Shown piece after piece: positions 11,004 to 22,296 of a stretch of 64,000 nt of DNA (the stretch's first letter is position 1; each line of letters opens with the position of its first letter). Source of the stretch: an uncultured Methanosarcinaceae archaeon (GTDB lineage: Archaea; Halobacteriota; Methanosarcinia; Methanosarcinales; Methanosarcinaceae); contig CAVRJG010000053.1 in the NCBI GenBank assembly GCA_963721455.1, positions 171,001 to 235,000 of the forward strand, written 5' to 3'. The translations under genes were made by a program, and so were the position numbers. Under the pieces are notes generated by a model. It was not told where the DNA came from and ran no database searches. It worked only from the letters and a program-made list of their open reading frames with translations.

Positions 11004-11210
11004 ATGATAAAAAATTTTTCCGACTTTTTCTTTTTGATTCGGACTTATTTTGGTGAAAGCCTTTTTTCAGACCGAAGCTTTTTCGGCCGGACATTTTTTA
11101 AACTTTTTTCTTTCTATATATACCTTTCTTTTTTCTGAACTTTTTATATACAGTCTTTTGAACTGGTACTTTCAGATTCATCAGATCGTAACAAGATTCG
11201 GTTTATGAAA

Positions 11211-11258
11211 CTCCGTAACATTCGAGTTAGGAAGCTCTGTAACATTCGAGTTATGAAG
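11211..11258. repeat. 24-bp direct repeat x2 with palindromic core, upstream of the GNAT gene
   Basis: ctccgtaacattcgagttaggaag / ctctgtaacattcgagttatgaag. Confidence 0.75.
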
Positions 11259-11316
11259 ATATACTTCTTATTAACTTTACATCGGTAAAAGAACCTTAAA
11301 AACAGGACCTGATACA

Positions 11317-11742
11317 TTGATCCGAAATTACAGGGAAACAGATCTCAAAGAGATGGTAAGAATCTGGTACGATGCCTCTGTCATTGCTCATTCCTTCATG
11401 CCTGCTTCTTTCTGGGCTTCAAAAAAAAGCATTATGAAGGAAAGGTACCTCCCGCTTGCCGAAAATTTTGTTTTTGAGGAGGAAGGCAGGATTACAGGAT
11501 TTATTTCCGTTGTTGGAGAAAGAGTCTGCGCCCTCTTCGTAGCGCCGGAAATGCAGGGCAAAGGGATCGGGAGGACTCTCCTCGAATACGCAAAAAACCT
11601 GACCGGAAAGCTCTCCCTCAAAGTCTACAGAGAAAACGAAAATGCTTTTCGTTTTTATAAGAAATGTGGGTTTGTGGCAGCCGGAGAAGAGGTTGATGAA
11701 TATACAGGTTGCTTGCAGGTTTTGATGGAGTGGAACGAATGA
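11317..11742 (+). CDS. GNAT family N-acetyltransferase
   Basis: LFVAPEMQGKGIGRTLL and NAFRFYKKCGF motifs. Confidence 0.93.
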   Translation: MIRNYRETDLKEMVRIWYDASVIAHSFMPASFWASKKSIMKERYLPLAENFVFEEEGRITGFISVVGERVCALFVAPEMQGKGIGRTLLEYAKNLTGKLSLKVYRENENAFRFYKKCGFVAAGEEVDEYTGCLQVLMEWNE

Positions 11743-11915
11743 GAAGCCCATTGCGGGATAGAACCTATAGTTTCCGAAGGCATCCATTTCTACAAGATAG
11801 AGACAAGATAGAGAATAGTGTAAAACTTCATTTTGAAATCTGAGAAACAAAGCTTAAGCATATGCTGAATATAATGAGTATTAAGGAAGGTAAAGAATAA
11901 ACGGAGAGCACAGCC

Positions 11916-12881
11916 ATGAATCCTGAAACTGGGAATAGATTCACTGAAGAGGGAGAAGACTCACTTTTCCGGCACCTTGAGCCTGATACACCTGAAGTAA
12001 TGGAAATAAAAAGCCTGCAAGGAGAGGAATATGAATACAGCGATTATCTGGGAACAATTGAATATTCTATTGCCAGGCATTTTTATAAGGATGACAGAAA
12101 AATAAAGGACAAAGATGCAGTATCAGCATTGAAGAATATCAGAAAAAACTACGACAAAAATATCTCTTTTTTTAAGCGGAACCTTGAAAAAGAAATTACC
12201 GAAAACCTGATCGAACTCCTTGAAGAAGAGCCAATAACCCATCACGAGTTCGAACTTGTAATTGACTACGTTTTAGACGTTATCGACAACAGGTCCTGGA
12301 TGGAAGATGAGCAGGCGTACCTGAAGTGGGCCACTTATGTTATGGGACTTTTCACGGAAGAAGAGAGTCAAGAATATGAAAGAAACGTCAAAAAGCTTGC
12401 CGCTAAACTGGGTCTGTCCAGCAAACACGCGGATCTAATGCTCTTGAAAGGGGACGAGGACGATTATTTTGAATTTGTAGAAAATTACGGAGACGATGAA
12501 GGAGAAGGGCTGACTGAAGAAGAGCTGATAGCTGAAATGGAAACAAAGTTCCTTTCATTGACAGATGCCGAAAAATTTGATTTCCTGCTGGAAAACGGCC
12601 CGGATTTTTATGAGTTAGTGGGACTTTATATCTCAGAGCTGTCAGAAAAAGGCGAATTTGAAAAGATTCAGGAACTGTACAGAAAGCTTGTTGAAAAATA
12701 TGATGATTTCATTTACCTGTATGTTTTCATGGGAGGAGCCTACGTCGAGATAGACCCTGCTCTTGCAAAATTCTATTTTGAAAACGCCCTGAAAAGCCTG
12801 GATAAACTCGATGACCTTTCGGACTCCACTAAAGAAGTATTAAGAGGCAATCTCCTCGACCTGATTAATAAAATAAACTGA
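11916..12881 (+). CDS. Acidic helical hypothetical protein
   Basis: 321-aa ORF with GGAG RBS and a TPR-like C-terminus. Confidence 0.8.
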   Translation: MNPETGNRFTEEGEDSLFRHLEPDTPEVMEIKSLQGEEYEYSDYLGTIEYSIARHFYKDDRKIKDKDAVSALKNIRKNYDKNISFFKRNLEKEITENLIELLEEEPITHHEFELVIDYVLDVIDNRSWMEDEQAYLKWATYVMGLFTEEESQEYERNVKKLAAKLGLSSKHADLMLLKGDEDDYFEFVENYGDDEGEGLTEEELIAEMETKFLSLTDAEKFDFLLENGPDFYELVGLYISELSEKGEFEKIQELYRKLVEKYDDFIYLYVFMGGAYVEIDPALAKFYFENALKSLDKLDDLSDSTKEVLRGNLLDLINKIN

Positions 12882-13221
12882 CTGTGCCCAGGCAGAATTT
12901 CCGGTAGAAATCCCGTAATCGCCAGATCTTCCATGCCATAATTTAGATTGATGACTCCATTTCAGCTGGCAGAACAAATCTAAAAAGGGATGGGAAAAGA
13001 AGATTCAGCAAATCGAAAAACGGAACAGCCATAATAGCTGTCTTTAACGTGTACTTAACAGCCGTCACAATATTAAAAACGGTTCGTGACACTTTTTATC
13101 GGTGTTTAAAAGCGTAATTTTGTTAAGGTTAGCTGTAGTTAAGATTGCTTCATATTTGTTTTTATATTTTGCACATTAAATAAATATAAAGATTCAATCG
13201 GGGAAAAGCGGGAGCCGTTCA

Positions 13222-14418
13222 GTGACAGCACTCAAAGATTCAGGTGCAGTATGCAAGGATGCGGATGGAGAGAAAAATGTAGAAGATTTACCGACTTTAG
13301 AAGATGTACCGGATGTAGAAGGCACACCAGGCATAGAAATTGTACCTGAAGATTTCAAAGCCATCCGGAACCCCATTCTGCGCTATGCACTGCTCCTGTT
13401 TCCGTGGCTGATCCTGCTCATCATAATTTATATACTGGCAAATTACCCGCTTATTGCAGGAGTGGTGATGTATACCTCAGGAATGCTGGCAGCAGCCCTG
13501 AGCCTTTTTGCTTTTTCCGTACTTATAAAAATGATACCGGAAACTTTCCGTAACCTCTGGCGCCGGAAGATTGTCGTGGGGGCTTACCCTTGGGATTCAT
13601 TTCAAAAAATTCCCTGTGAGAAGGGGTCCGAAATAGCAGCCCCTGAAACTGGGCGGCTTGAAGAAAGATTCCGCCAATTCATGCAGGAACTGCAAAAAAT
13701 GCTGAACCACCCCTACCAGTGGGCTATGGGTGTAGCCTTTTCCCTGCTGGTGTTTACCTGGCATTGGAGTAATCCGATCGAGTTTTTTATTGCTTTTATC
13801 ATAGGACTTATGGCCTGGAGGATGCTTATAACCTCCATCTATATCTGGAAACTAGGAAAAGAATTTCGCCTTGAGCCGCAGCTCGGGCATCCTGACAGGT
13901 CCGGCGGGCTCTCTCCCCTGGGTAATCTCTGCCTGTGGAATGCTTTTATAATCACCATACCGGCAATTCACCTGGGCGGCTGGTCTATCCTGAGAATTTT
14001 TACGGAAAAAGGGAGTCCCTTTTTCGAAATATCAGAAGAATATGCTCCCCTCTACCTGTGGCTGCTCTTAATTCTTGTGCCTTTTGCACTTGTAACTTTC
14101 TTCCTGCCTCTATTGAAAGTGCACTGGATCATGGAGGAATGGAGAAATCGGAAACAGGCACGATTGGATCAACTCGAACACTCCATTAACCAGCTGGAAT
14201 CCAGGCTGCTGAATGAAGCGGAAAAGCTGGACCAGAAAGAGTTTGAAAGCATCCAGAAGGAGCTGGAGATGATGCAACAGGTTTACATGCGGAACGAGAA
14301 GCTCCCCGTATGGCCCTTCAACATGGGAATTATGCTAAAGCTCCTGGTTTCACAGACCGTACCTGTCCTGGGCATTATCTCCCAGGTAATGTCATTGATT
14401 AAACAGGTCACTAGCTGA
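13222..14418 (+). CDS. Multi-pass membrane hypothetical protein
   Basis: About 7 hydrophobic segments, HPDRSGGL and PVWPFN motifs, C-terminal coiled coil. Confidence 0.8.
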   Translation: MTALKDSGAVCKDADGEKNVEDLPTLEDVPDVEGTPGIEIVPEDFKAIRNPILRYALLLFPWLILLIIIYILANYPLIAGVVMYTSGMLAAALSLFAFSVLIKMIPETFRNLWRRKIVVGAYPWDSFQKIPCEKGSEIAAPETGRLEERFRQFMQELQKMLNHPYQWAMGVAFSLLVFTWHWSNPIEFFIAFIIGLMAWRMLITSIYIWKLGKEFRLEPQLGHPDRSGGLSPLGNLCLWNAFIITIPAIHLGGWSILRIFTEKGSPFFEISEEYAPLYLWLLLILVPFALVTFFLPLLKVHWIMEEWRNRKQARLDQLEHSINQLESRLLNEAEKLDQKEFESIQKELEMMQQVYMRNEKLPVWPFNMGIMLKLLVSQTVPVLGIISQVMSLIKQVTS

Positions 14419-14429
14419 CAAAATAAGGA

Positions 14430-14672
14430 AAAAAGGAAAACAAGGGCACAATTTTTCCGTGCTTTCCTTGTTTTCCGTAGTTATATAGGCTTGAATGAGT
14501 TTTTCCGTGCCCTTTGTGGTTATAAACATGGAGTGAGTTAAACCACTGAAAGCACGGAAAACACGGAAGGAAAGAAACAAGGGCACAGATTTCCAGTGCC
14601 TTCCTTATCTTCAGTGGCTACGGTGCCTTGATTGGGTTTTTCCCTGCCCGCCTGTGTTTTTCGTAGTTATGA
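14430..14672. repeat. Imperfect palindromic dispersed repeat built of CACGGAAA/TTTCCGTG units (two tandem units)
   Basis: aaaccactgaaagcacggaaaacacggaa...gggcaca...ttccgtg. A further copy lies at 26072-26198. Confidence 0.7.
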
Positions 14673-15473
14673 AACCTATAGTGATTTAAGTGTAAATATT
14701 TACATTTTAAATTATGTTAGTAGCATAGTTTGGCAATGTGCCAAGAATGATAATCATTGCCAATTAATCAGTTTTACTAATCGTGTAAATATTTGGTGGG
14801 CAGTGTCCCGGATTTGCTGTAAATTTGACGTCAAGTTTTTGTATACTGTACATGAAACAGATCTAATGATATCGAGTTTTTGATTCAAACTTTTTAAAAT
14901 TTATAATTTTACAGAAAAATTGGCACATTGCCTATTCCTACGTGGTTCAGAATAACTGAGTTCAGGAAAGCATAGGTAAAAGAGAGACAGAAAAATGGAA
15001 AAGTTGAGGGGAGAATTTCGGGCTACGTATTATCTATTAGAACAAGAGAATACTTATTTGTGAAATTATCTGTTATTATCTATTAGTCCTTTTAGAAGTA
15101 TTTAAAGAATTAAAGATTTCGGACATTATTAGAAAAACGGCAACGCACTACCCGACGTGAGAAGAAGATTCAATTGGGTTATGTTTTAGGGCGAGATTAC
15201 ATTAGAAGCGAGTAGAAATAATTCGAAAAAATTCTCCGACCCCCCAGCCAATGGTAAGAGAGCATGGGTATTCACCTGGGAAGTATCTTTTTACTAAGGC
15301 TAAGAGTTTAAAAAAGGCATCCGCCTGAAGGAAAACTCTTTGGAATTTATCTATTGTTACGAGTTCAAACCTGTCCAAGATCGTGCACTTTGACCTGGCG
15401 GCATCCCATCATCGAATACACACATGAAGGGCATTACACCGATTCAGATTCAGACATGAAAGGATGTGACAAT

Positions 15474-18400
15474 ATGGTCAATGAAAAGAAGACCACAGGC
15501 AAAGAGGAAATACAAATATCAGAAGAGGAGCAGCTGCATTCTGCAGAAGAAACCCCTGTTACTGAAGAATCTCCTGCTCCGGATGCAGACTCGAATAAAC
15601 TCCCAAAAGAGAACTTTCCCATTGTGGGCATCGGTGCATCGGCTGGTGGACTGGCTGCTTTCGAAGCTTTCTTTTCAGCCATGCCTACAGACATCGAGCC
15701 CGACATGGCCTTTGTCCTGGTGCAGCACCTGGATCCGGTCCACAAGAGCATTCTCGCCGACCTGATCGGGCGCTATACACGGATGCCGGCTTACGAGGTT
15801 AAGGACGGGATGGCTGTCAAGCCTAACTGTGTCTACATCATCCCGCCTAACCGTGATATGATTTTTCAGAACGGCACGTTGCATTTGTTCGAACCTGCCG
15901 AACCGCGCGGCCATCGTCTACCGATTAATATATTATTCCGCTCCCTGGCCGAGGAAAAGAAAGAGCAGGCCATCGGAATTATACTCTCAGGTACCGGCAG
16001 CGACGGCACACTGGGGTTACGGGCTATCAAGGTAGAGGGCGGCATGGTGATAGTACAGGACCCCGAATCAAGCGAGTATGACGGTATGCCTCTCAGCGCC
16101 ATTGAGACCGGTCTGGCAGATTACATCCTGAAACCGGCCGAGATGCCAGCCCAGCTCATTGCCTATGTTGCCCAGGCCTTTGGAAAAAGATCCCAACCGA
16201 TCGCCAATGCAGAAGACTCGATGAAAAAGATATTTAATCTGCTGAGCACCCAGACAGGCCACGACTTTTCCCATTACAAAAAGAACACTATCGACCGCCG
16301 CATCAAGCGGCGTATGGCCGTCCATAATATTGATAATGTGAATGAGTATGTGCGCTATTTACAGCAAAAATCTGCAGAAGTGGAGGCACTCTTTCGCGAC
16401 CTATTAATCGGCGTCACCAATTTCTTCCGTAATCCCGAGGATTTTAAGGTGCTCCAGGAAAAGGTCATCCCGCGTCTCTTTACAGGCAAGAACTCAGATT
16501 CAGTGATACGTGTGTGGGTGCCTAGCTGCTCCACAGGTGAGGAGGCTTATTCCATTGGCATCCTGATCCAGGAGCAAATGGAGGCGTTGATGCTAACTGC
16601 CAAGGTACAAATCTTCGGCACCGATATTGACAGCCGGGCTGTTTTACAGGCCCGCAGCGGCATCTATCCAGCAAGTATCTCCGCCGACGTCTCGTCTGAA
16701 AGGCTGAAGCGCTTCTTCACCCAGGATTCAGAAGGCAACTATCGTATCCGGAAAAATATTCGTAACATGGTGATCTTTTCCGAGCAGGACATTATCAAAG
16801 ACCCGCCCTTTTCCAAGCTCGACCTGATCAGTTGTCGCAACGTGATGATCTATATGGATGGGGAACTGCAGAAGAAACTCATCCCTCTCTTCCACTACGC
16901 ATTAAACCCGGGAGGATTTCTTTTCCTGGGTCCCTCCGAAACCGTGGGAGAGTTCACGAACCTTTTTGATACACTGGACCGCAAGTCGAAACTGTACCAA
17001 AGAAAAGATGATGTTAGCAGTAAACGTCCTTTCATGGAGAGATTTCTCCCACCAAAGCTGGAAAGTGCAGCCTTACGACCTTCAGGCAAGGCTCCTGCCG
17101 AAACGAAACCTCAACTTCGCGAGCTGACCGAACGGACAATGCTTCAATATTACGCCCCTGTCAGTGTGCTCGTCAACGAGCGCGGTGATATTCTCTACCT
17201 TCATGGGCGTACGGGCCTATACCTGGAACCAGCTCCGGGTGAGGCTGGTATGAATATACTGAAGATGGCACGAGAGGGATTGAAGCGGGAGTTGACCACA
17301 GCCCTGCACAAAGCCGTGGTAAGTAAAGAGCCGGTATTTAACCCCGGACTACGGGTCAAAACCAACGGCGATTTCACTACCGTTAATCTGGCGTTACGGC
17401 CTGTGCCGGTAGAAAATGACGTACCCGCCGGGCTAAACCTGTTCCTGATCACCTTTGAGAAAACGCCAGAACCGGATCAGAGCCAAACCGGAAAGACTCC
17501 CTCCATGGATGCTGGTGAAGGTGTCCCGGGGGGCGGAGTGGAAGTTGACGCGCGCATCCTGGCACTGGAGCAAGAACTCAAGATCAAGGAAGAACATCTC
17601 AAAGCCTCCTATGAGGAACTGGAGACCTCCAACGAGGAACTCAAGTCATCCAATGAAGAGATGCAGTCCATGAACGAGGAACTGCAATCAACCAACGAGG
17701 AGCTGGAGACTTCCAAGGAGGAATTGCAATCGGTCAATGAGGAATTGTCCACGGTCAATTCAGAACTGCAAAACAGGGTGTCTGAACTGTCTCAGGCCAA
17801 TAACGATATGAGCAACCTGCTGGCAGGTACGGGTATAGGCACTATCTTTGTGGACCATCAACTGCGCATCATGCGCTTCACCCCTGCAGTCATGCAGGTG
17901 ATCAACCTGATCCCGACCGACGTGGGACGGCCTGTTGGGCACATCATCTCAAACCTGCTGGGCTATGACCACCTTGTAGAGGACATAAAGGAGGTGCTGG
18001 ACAGCCTGAAGCCCAAAGATATTGAAGTCCAGACCAAAGAAGAAGTATGGTACCTGATGCGAATCCGGCCCTATCGCACCCTTGAAAACGTTATCGCGGG
18101 AGCGGTGATCACTTTTACGGAGATTACCGAGATGAAAAGAGCGAAGCTTAAGGAGTCCGAAACCATGCGCCACCTGACGGCGGTGGTGAAAGATTCGAGC
18201 GATGCTATAACGTTGCAGGATATGGAGGGACACATCCTTGCATGGAATCCGAAGGCTGAGAAGATTTATGGCTGGAGCGAAGATGAGGCACTGGCGATGA
18301 ACATTCGCAGCCTGGTTCCTGAGGACCGGAAAGAAGAAGAGTTGGCCACGTTGAAGAAGCTTAGCCGGGCTGAGGTTCTGGAACCTTACCATACCCAGCG

Positions 18401-18539
18401 ACTCACCAAAGACGGCAGAGTGGTAGATGTGTGGCTAAATGCCACTTCACTGGTGAATGAAGCTGGTGAGGCATACGCCATTGCGACCACGGAACGGGAG
18501 ATCAAACCGGAAAAATGGGAGAAGAAAGACCAGGAATAA
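15474..18539 (+). CDS. CheB methylesterase-CheR methyltransferase fusion with coiled coil and PAS domains
   Basis: VGIGASAGGL, VQHLDP, LSGTGSDG, CSTGEEAYS, CRNVMIY motifs, NEELQS repeats, C-terminal PAS. Start position uncertain. Confidence 0.93.
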   Translation: MVNEKKTTGKEEIQISEEEQLHSAEETPVTEESPAPDADSNKLPKENFPIVGIGASAGGLAAFEAFFSAMPTDIEPDMAFVLVQHLDPVHKSILADLIGRYTRMPAYEVKDGMAVKPNCVYIIPPNRDMIFQNGTLHLFEPAEPRGHRLPINILFRSLAEEKKEQAIGIILSGTGSDGTLGLRAIKVEGGMVIVQDPESSEYDGMPLSAIETGLADYILKPAEMPAQLIAYVAQAFGKRSQPIANAEDSMKKIFNLLSTQTGHDFSHYKKNTIDRRIKRRMAVHNIDNVNEYVRYLQQKSAEVEALFRDLLIGVTNFFRNPEDFKVLQEKVIPRLFTGKNSDSVIRVWVPSCSTGEEAYSIGILIQEQMEALMLTAKVQIFGTDIDSRAVLQARSGIYPASISADVSSERLKRFFTQDSEGNYRIRKNIRNMVIFSEQDIIKDPPFSKLDLISCRNVMIYMDGELQKKLIPLFHYALNPGGFLFLGPSETVGEFTNLFDTLDRKSKLYQRKDDVSSKRPFMERFLPPKLESAALRPSGKAPAETKPQLRELTERTMLQYYAPVSVLVNERGDILYLHGRTGLYLEPAPGEAGMNILKMAREGLKRELTTALHKAVVSKEPVFNPGLRVKTNGDFTTVNLALRPVPVENDVPAGLNLFLITFEKTPEPDQSQTGKTPSMDAGEGVPGGGVEVDARILALEQELKIKEEHLKASYEELETSNEELKSSNEEMQSMNEELQSTNEELETSKEELQSVNEELSTVNSELQNRVSELSQANNDMSNLLAGTGIGTIFVDHQLRIMRFTPAVMQVINLIPTDVGRPVGHIISNLLGYDHLVEDIKEVLDSLKPKDIEVQTKEEVWYLMRIRPYRTLENVIAGAVITFTEITEMKRAKLKESETMRHLTAVVKDSSDAITLQDMEGHILAWNPKAEKIYGWSEDEALAMNIRSLVPEDRKEEELATLKKLSRAEVLEPYHTQRLTKDGRVVDVWLNATSLVNEAGEAYAIATTEREIKPEKWEKKDQE

Positions 18540-19356
18540 AAAAGACCTGTCGGAACCGTGACTGATCTCAGTATAACGGCGGAGGAGACATCCCGGATAA
18601 AAACCATTCAGATCACGGAGAATCATAAATCGCTGTCGTTGAAGGTCGCGAGATGGGTACCCTACGAACTGAGGTGCATAAGGTCGAGTTAAGGTTTAAA
18701 TGGACAAGTTTCTGGGAGCCCATTTTCTTTAACCGCCTGGCTATTGATTTTGTTACTCAGTTTTGCATGGGCTGGCAATTACACTTTTTTGACAACTCCA
18801 AATAAACATCAGTAGAGTAATTCTGGGCACGCCGGATAGTTGCCTTATACCAGATATAAGAATGCTGCATTATCAGAAGGCGATTATAATTGATTGAGCT
18901 GATCCCATACCCCATTTTTATTCTTATCCATCATGATTTTTTCAGGGTTGCTTTCAAGATAAGAATCTAGATCGGTCGTTAAAAACACGAGATTTAAAGA
19001 GGCAAATTTTGAGTTTTGCGATCGGTTTATTAATATCTTATTAACTAAATGTTATATATTAGATAAAGTAAACTCATAAGTTTAGTACAGTTTTAAAAGC
19101 AAACCAGATACACCTTACTCAGTTTATGAAGTGCCGATTTTTGCTGTGAGAAATATAAAATACAAAAAAATACAAAACGGGATTGTGGGGATGAGTCATT
19201 GATAATATCTGAAAACACGGACATCACCCAGTGTTTGGGGAAAAGTAGAAGGATTCTTGCGTTTACGATTTTTCAGTAACTGACTCCCAGAACAGCGAAG
19301 AGCCGAAATTGGAAAACGTTGGTGGAAGGGACCACATGCCAGGGAGAAAATGTGGA

Positions 19357-22176
19357 ATGAGAGAAAGCCTGAGAAAGTCCGGCATTGATATTGTTGGAGA
19401 TGTGCCCTGGGGAACGCACTTCTGCCAATTCTACCAGACAAAAAAAGATTTGATGGACATACTTGTTCCCTACTTCAAAGCAGGGCTGGAAAACAATGAA
19501 TTTTGTATGTGGGTCACATCACAACCTTCGGAAGTAGAAAAGGCAAAAAAAGCCCTTCGAAAGGCTGTTCCTGATATTGATGTTTATCTGGAAAAAGGGC
19601 AAATCGAAATTATCCCTTACACCAGCTGGAGTGTAAAAGAGGGTAGTTTTGATTCGGAGAGAGTATTGAACGTCTGGGTTGAAAAACTCAACCAGACCCT
19701 GGAAAATGGCTATGACGGTTTGAGGTTGGGAAATTCTTTCCGGCTGGAAAAAAAGAATTGGAATGATTTTGCCGATTATGAGGAACAGCTAGACGATGTC
19801 ATTGGCAATTACCAGATGATGGCTCTCTGTACTTATCCTCTCGACGGGTGCAACGCAACCGAGATAGTCGATATGGTCATTAACCACCAATTTGCTTTGG
19901 TCAAAAGGGAAGGAAAATGGGAACAGATCGAAAGTTTCAGGCGTAAAAAAGCAGAAGAGAAAATCCGGAACCTGGCAAGCATCGTGGAGTCATCAAACGA
20001 TGCCATCATAACTGAATCCCTTGATGGCATTATTGCCAGCTGGAATAAAGGTGCAAGGCAAATCTATGGTTATTCAGCTAAAGAAATTATTGGAAAGCCC
20101 ATATCCATCCTGGAGCCATCCATATTAATTGAAGAAACAAAAGAATTAGTTGAACTGATTGAACAGGGAGATAAAATTCACTATTATGAGACTTTACATT
20201 TAAGAAAGGATGGCACTATGATAAATGTATCACTAACTCTTTCCCCGGTTTTTGATACATCTGGAAAGCTGACCGCTATCTCAATTATCGCCAGAGATAT
20301 AACCAAAAGTAAAAAAGCAGAAGAAAAACTCCAGAAAAGCGAGGAGAGATACAGGATTGTCACAGAGCAAACCGGACAGGTAGTATATGAATATGATCTA
20401 AGAACAGATAAGAGCAGCTGGGCAGGTGCCATAGAAGAGATTACAGGATATAGTTTTGGAGAATTCCAGAAGTTTGGGGAGAACTTCTGGATTAAGAATA
20501 TTCACCTTACAGATACGAGTCGTCTGGATGAAAAATCCCTGAACGTGAGAAAGACCGGAGGCAGGTATAAGGAAGAATTAAAGTTGAGAAGAAAAGACGG
20601 GACTTACATTTATATAGAAAACAGCGGGATCTGGCTTACGGATCATGAGGGTCAGCCTTACAGGGCTCTCGGAGTACTGAAAGATATTACAGGTGCCAAG
20701 ATTGCAGACATCCATCTCCAGAAAAGTGAGGAAAGATATCGCATAGCAGCCGAACAGACCGGGCAGGTTGTATTCGATTTCAAGCTCGACACACGTGAAG
20801 TCGAGTGGGCAGGAGCCATCCGGGAAGTAACAGGGTACGGTCCGGAAGAGTTTAAAAATTGTGACAAGTCGTTCTGGATAGAACATCTGCACCCAGAAGA
20901 CAGGACCGGACTGCTTGAGAACCTGATGATGTTTTTTAAGAAAGGGGAGAAAATTCAGGCAGAATACAGGTTCAGGAAAAAAGATGGAAACTACATCTAT
21001 ATGGAGATCCGGGGAGTCTGGCTTAAAGATGAAGAAGGGAAGGTGTACAGAGCCATCGGGGTAATGAAAGATATTACGGAATGGAAACATGCGATAGAAA
21101 AGGTTGAAGCCAGTGAGAGGAAGTACCGCTCTGTTATACAGAATTTCAAGGGAATTGTTTTTCAAGCGGATGAGAATTTCATTCCCGTGTTTCTGCAAGG
21201 AGCCATTGAAGAGATCACCGGGTATAGTGAAGAAGAGTTAGTATCCCGGATGCAGTGGAAAGACATCATCCACCCCGATGACCTGCCTCTCTCCCTCAAA
21301 GAGGATGAAAAGGTTCGGAGTGCTCCGTCTACAGGTTACGGGGAAATTGACATCCGTCTGATACGCAAGGACGGAAGAATCAAGTGGGTGCATGGGATCT
21401 ACCAGAAAGTTCAGGGAAAGGATGGAGAGCCAGAATACTATGAGGGTGCGATTTATGATGTGACTGAAAGAAAAGAGACCGAAAAGTTTCTTGCAAGTAT
21501 CGAAACTGCCCGTAGAAAGGAGATCCACCACAGGATCAAAAATAACCTGCAGGTAATTTCCTCCCTTATCGACCTTCAGGCTGAAAAGTTCAAAAACAGA
21601 GAATGTGTCGACGATTCGGAGGTTTTGAAAGCCTTCAGGGAAAGCCAGGACAGAGTAATGTCCATTGCCCTGATCCATGAAGAACTGCACGAAGGCATAG
21701 GAAACGATACGCTGAATTTTTCACCATATCTGGAGAGGCTTGTTAAGAACCTTTTCCAGACATACAGATTTGGAAATGCCGATATTAGCTTAAACATGGA
21801 CCTGGAAGAAAACATTTTCCTTAACATGGATAATGCAGTTCCATTAGGCATAATCATTAACGAACTCGTTTCAAACTCTCTCAAATACGCATTTACCGAC
21901 AAGGATAATGGGAGAATTCAAATCAAGCTTTGTAGAGAAGAATCTCGAGAATGTAAAGATAATAGAGCAGGAAACAATAATGAGTGCTTAAAGGGCACCA
22001 GTTTTATTTTGGCAGTATCAGATAATGGGATCGGTGTGCCTGAAAGTTTTGATCTGGAAAATCCTGGCGGTCTTGGCATACAACTGGTGACCACTCTTAT
22101 AGACCAATTAGGAGGCAAACTTGAACTAAAAAGAGACAACGGGACAGAATTCATTTTAAGGTTTACAGTAGTGTAA
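19357..22176 (+). CDS. MEDS + multi-PAS sensor histidine kinase (HisKA_2 type)
   Basis: WGTHFCQFYQT (MEDS), four PAS/PAC domains, EIHHRIKNNLQ, NELVSNSLKYAF, DNGIG. Confidence 0.94.
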   Translation: MRESLRKSGIDIVGDVPWGTHFCQFYQTKKDLMDILVPYFKAGLENNEFCMWVTSQPSEVEKAKKALRKAVPDIDVYLEKGQIEIIPYTSWSVKEGSFDSERVLNVWVEKLNQTLENGYDGLRLGNSFRLEKKNWNDFADYEEQLDDVIGNYQMMALCTYPLDGCNATEIVDMVINHQFALVKREGKWEQIESFRRKKAEEKIRNLASIVESSNDAIITESLDGIIASWNKGARQIYGYSAKEIIGKPISILEPSILIEETKELVELIEQGDKIHYYETLHLRKDGTMINVSLTLSPVFDTSGKLTAISIIARDITKSKKAEEKLQKSEERYRIVTEQTGQVVYEYDLRTDKSSWAGAIEEITGYSFGEFQKFGENFWIKNIHLTDTSRLDEKSLNVRKTGGRYKEELKLRRKDGTYIYIENSGIWLTDHEGQPYRALGVLKDITGAKIADIHLQKSEERYRIAAEQTGQVVFDFKLDTREVEWAGAIREVTGYGPEEFKNCDKSFWIEHLHPEDRTGLLENLMMFFKKGEKIQAEYRFRKKDGNYIYMEIRGVWLKDEEGKVYRAIGVMKDITEWKHAIEKVEASERKYRSVIQNFKGIVFQADENFIPVFLQGAIEEITGYSEEELVSRMQWKDIIHPDDLPLSLKEDEKVRSAPSTGYGEIDIRLIRKDGRIKWVHGIYQKVQGKDGEPEYYEGAIYDVTERKETEKFLASIETARRKEIHHRIKNNLQVISSLIDLQAEKFKNRECVDDSEVLKAFRESQDRVMSIALIHEELHEGIGNDTLNFSPYLERLVKNLFQTYRFGNADISLNMDLEENIFLNMDNAVPLGIIINELVSNSLKYAFTDKDNGRIQIKLCREESRECKDNRAGNNNECLKGTSFILAVSDNGIGVPESFDLENPGGLGIQLVTTLIDQLGGKLELKRDNGTEFILRFTVV

Positions 22177-22296
22177 AAGAAGTAAGGGTAAAAAGAGTCG
22201 TGTCCGCACTTATTGATTATAGTACACTCATCAATTAAGTAGACTTTATAAACCTGGTTCTATGCTAATAATGGTGTTCAAAAGTGTACTTAGAGC

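Noticed and set aside
13030-13142. Weak inverted repeats suggesting another MITE
   Set aside because: Too degenerate, no TSD and no second copy seen.
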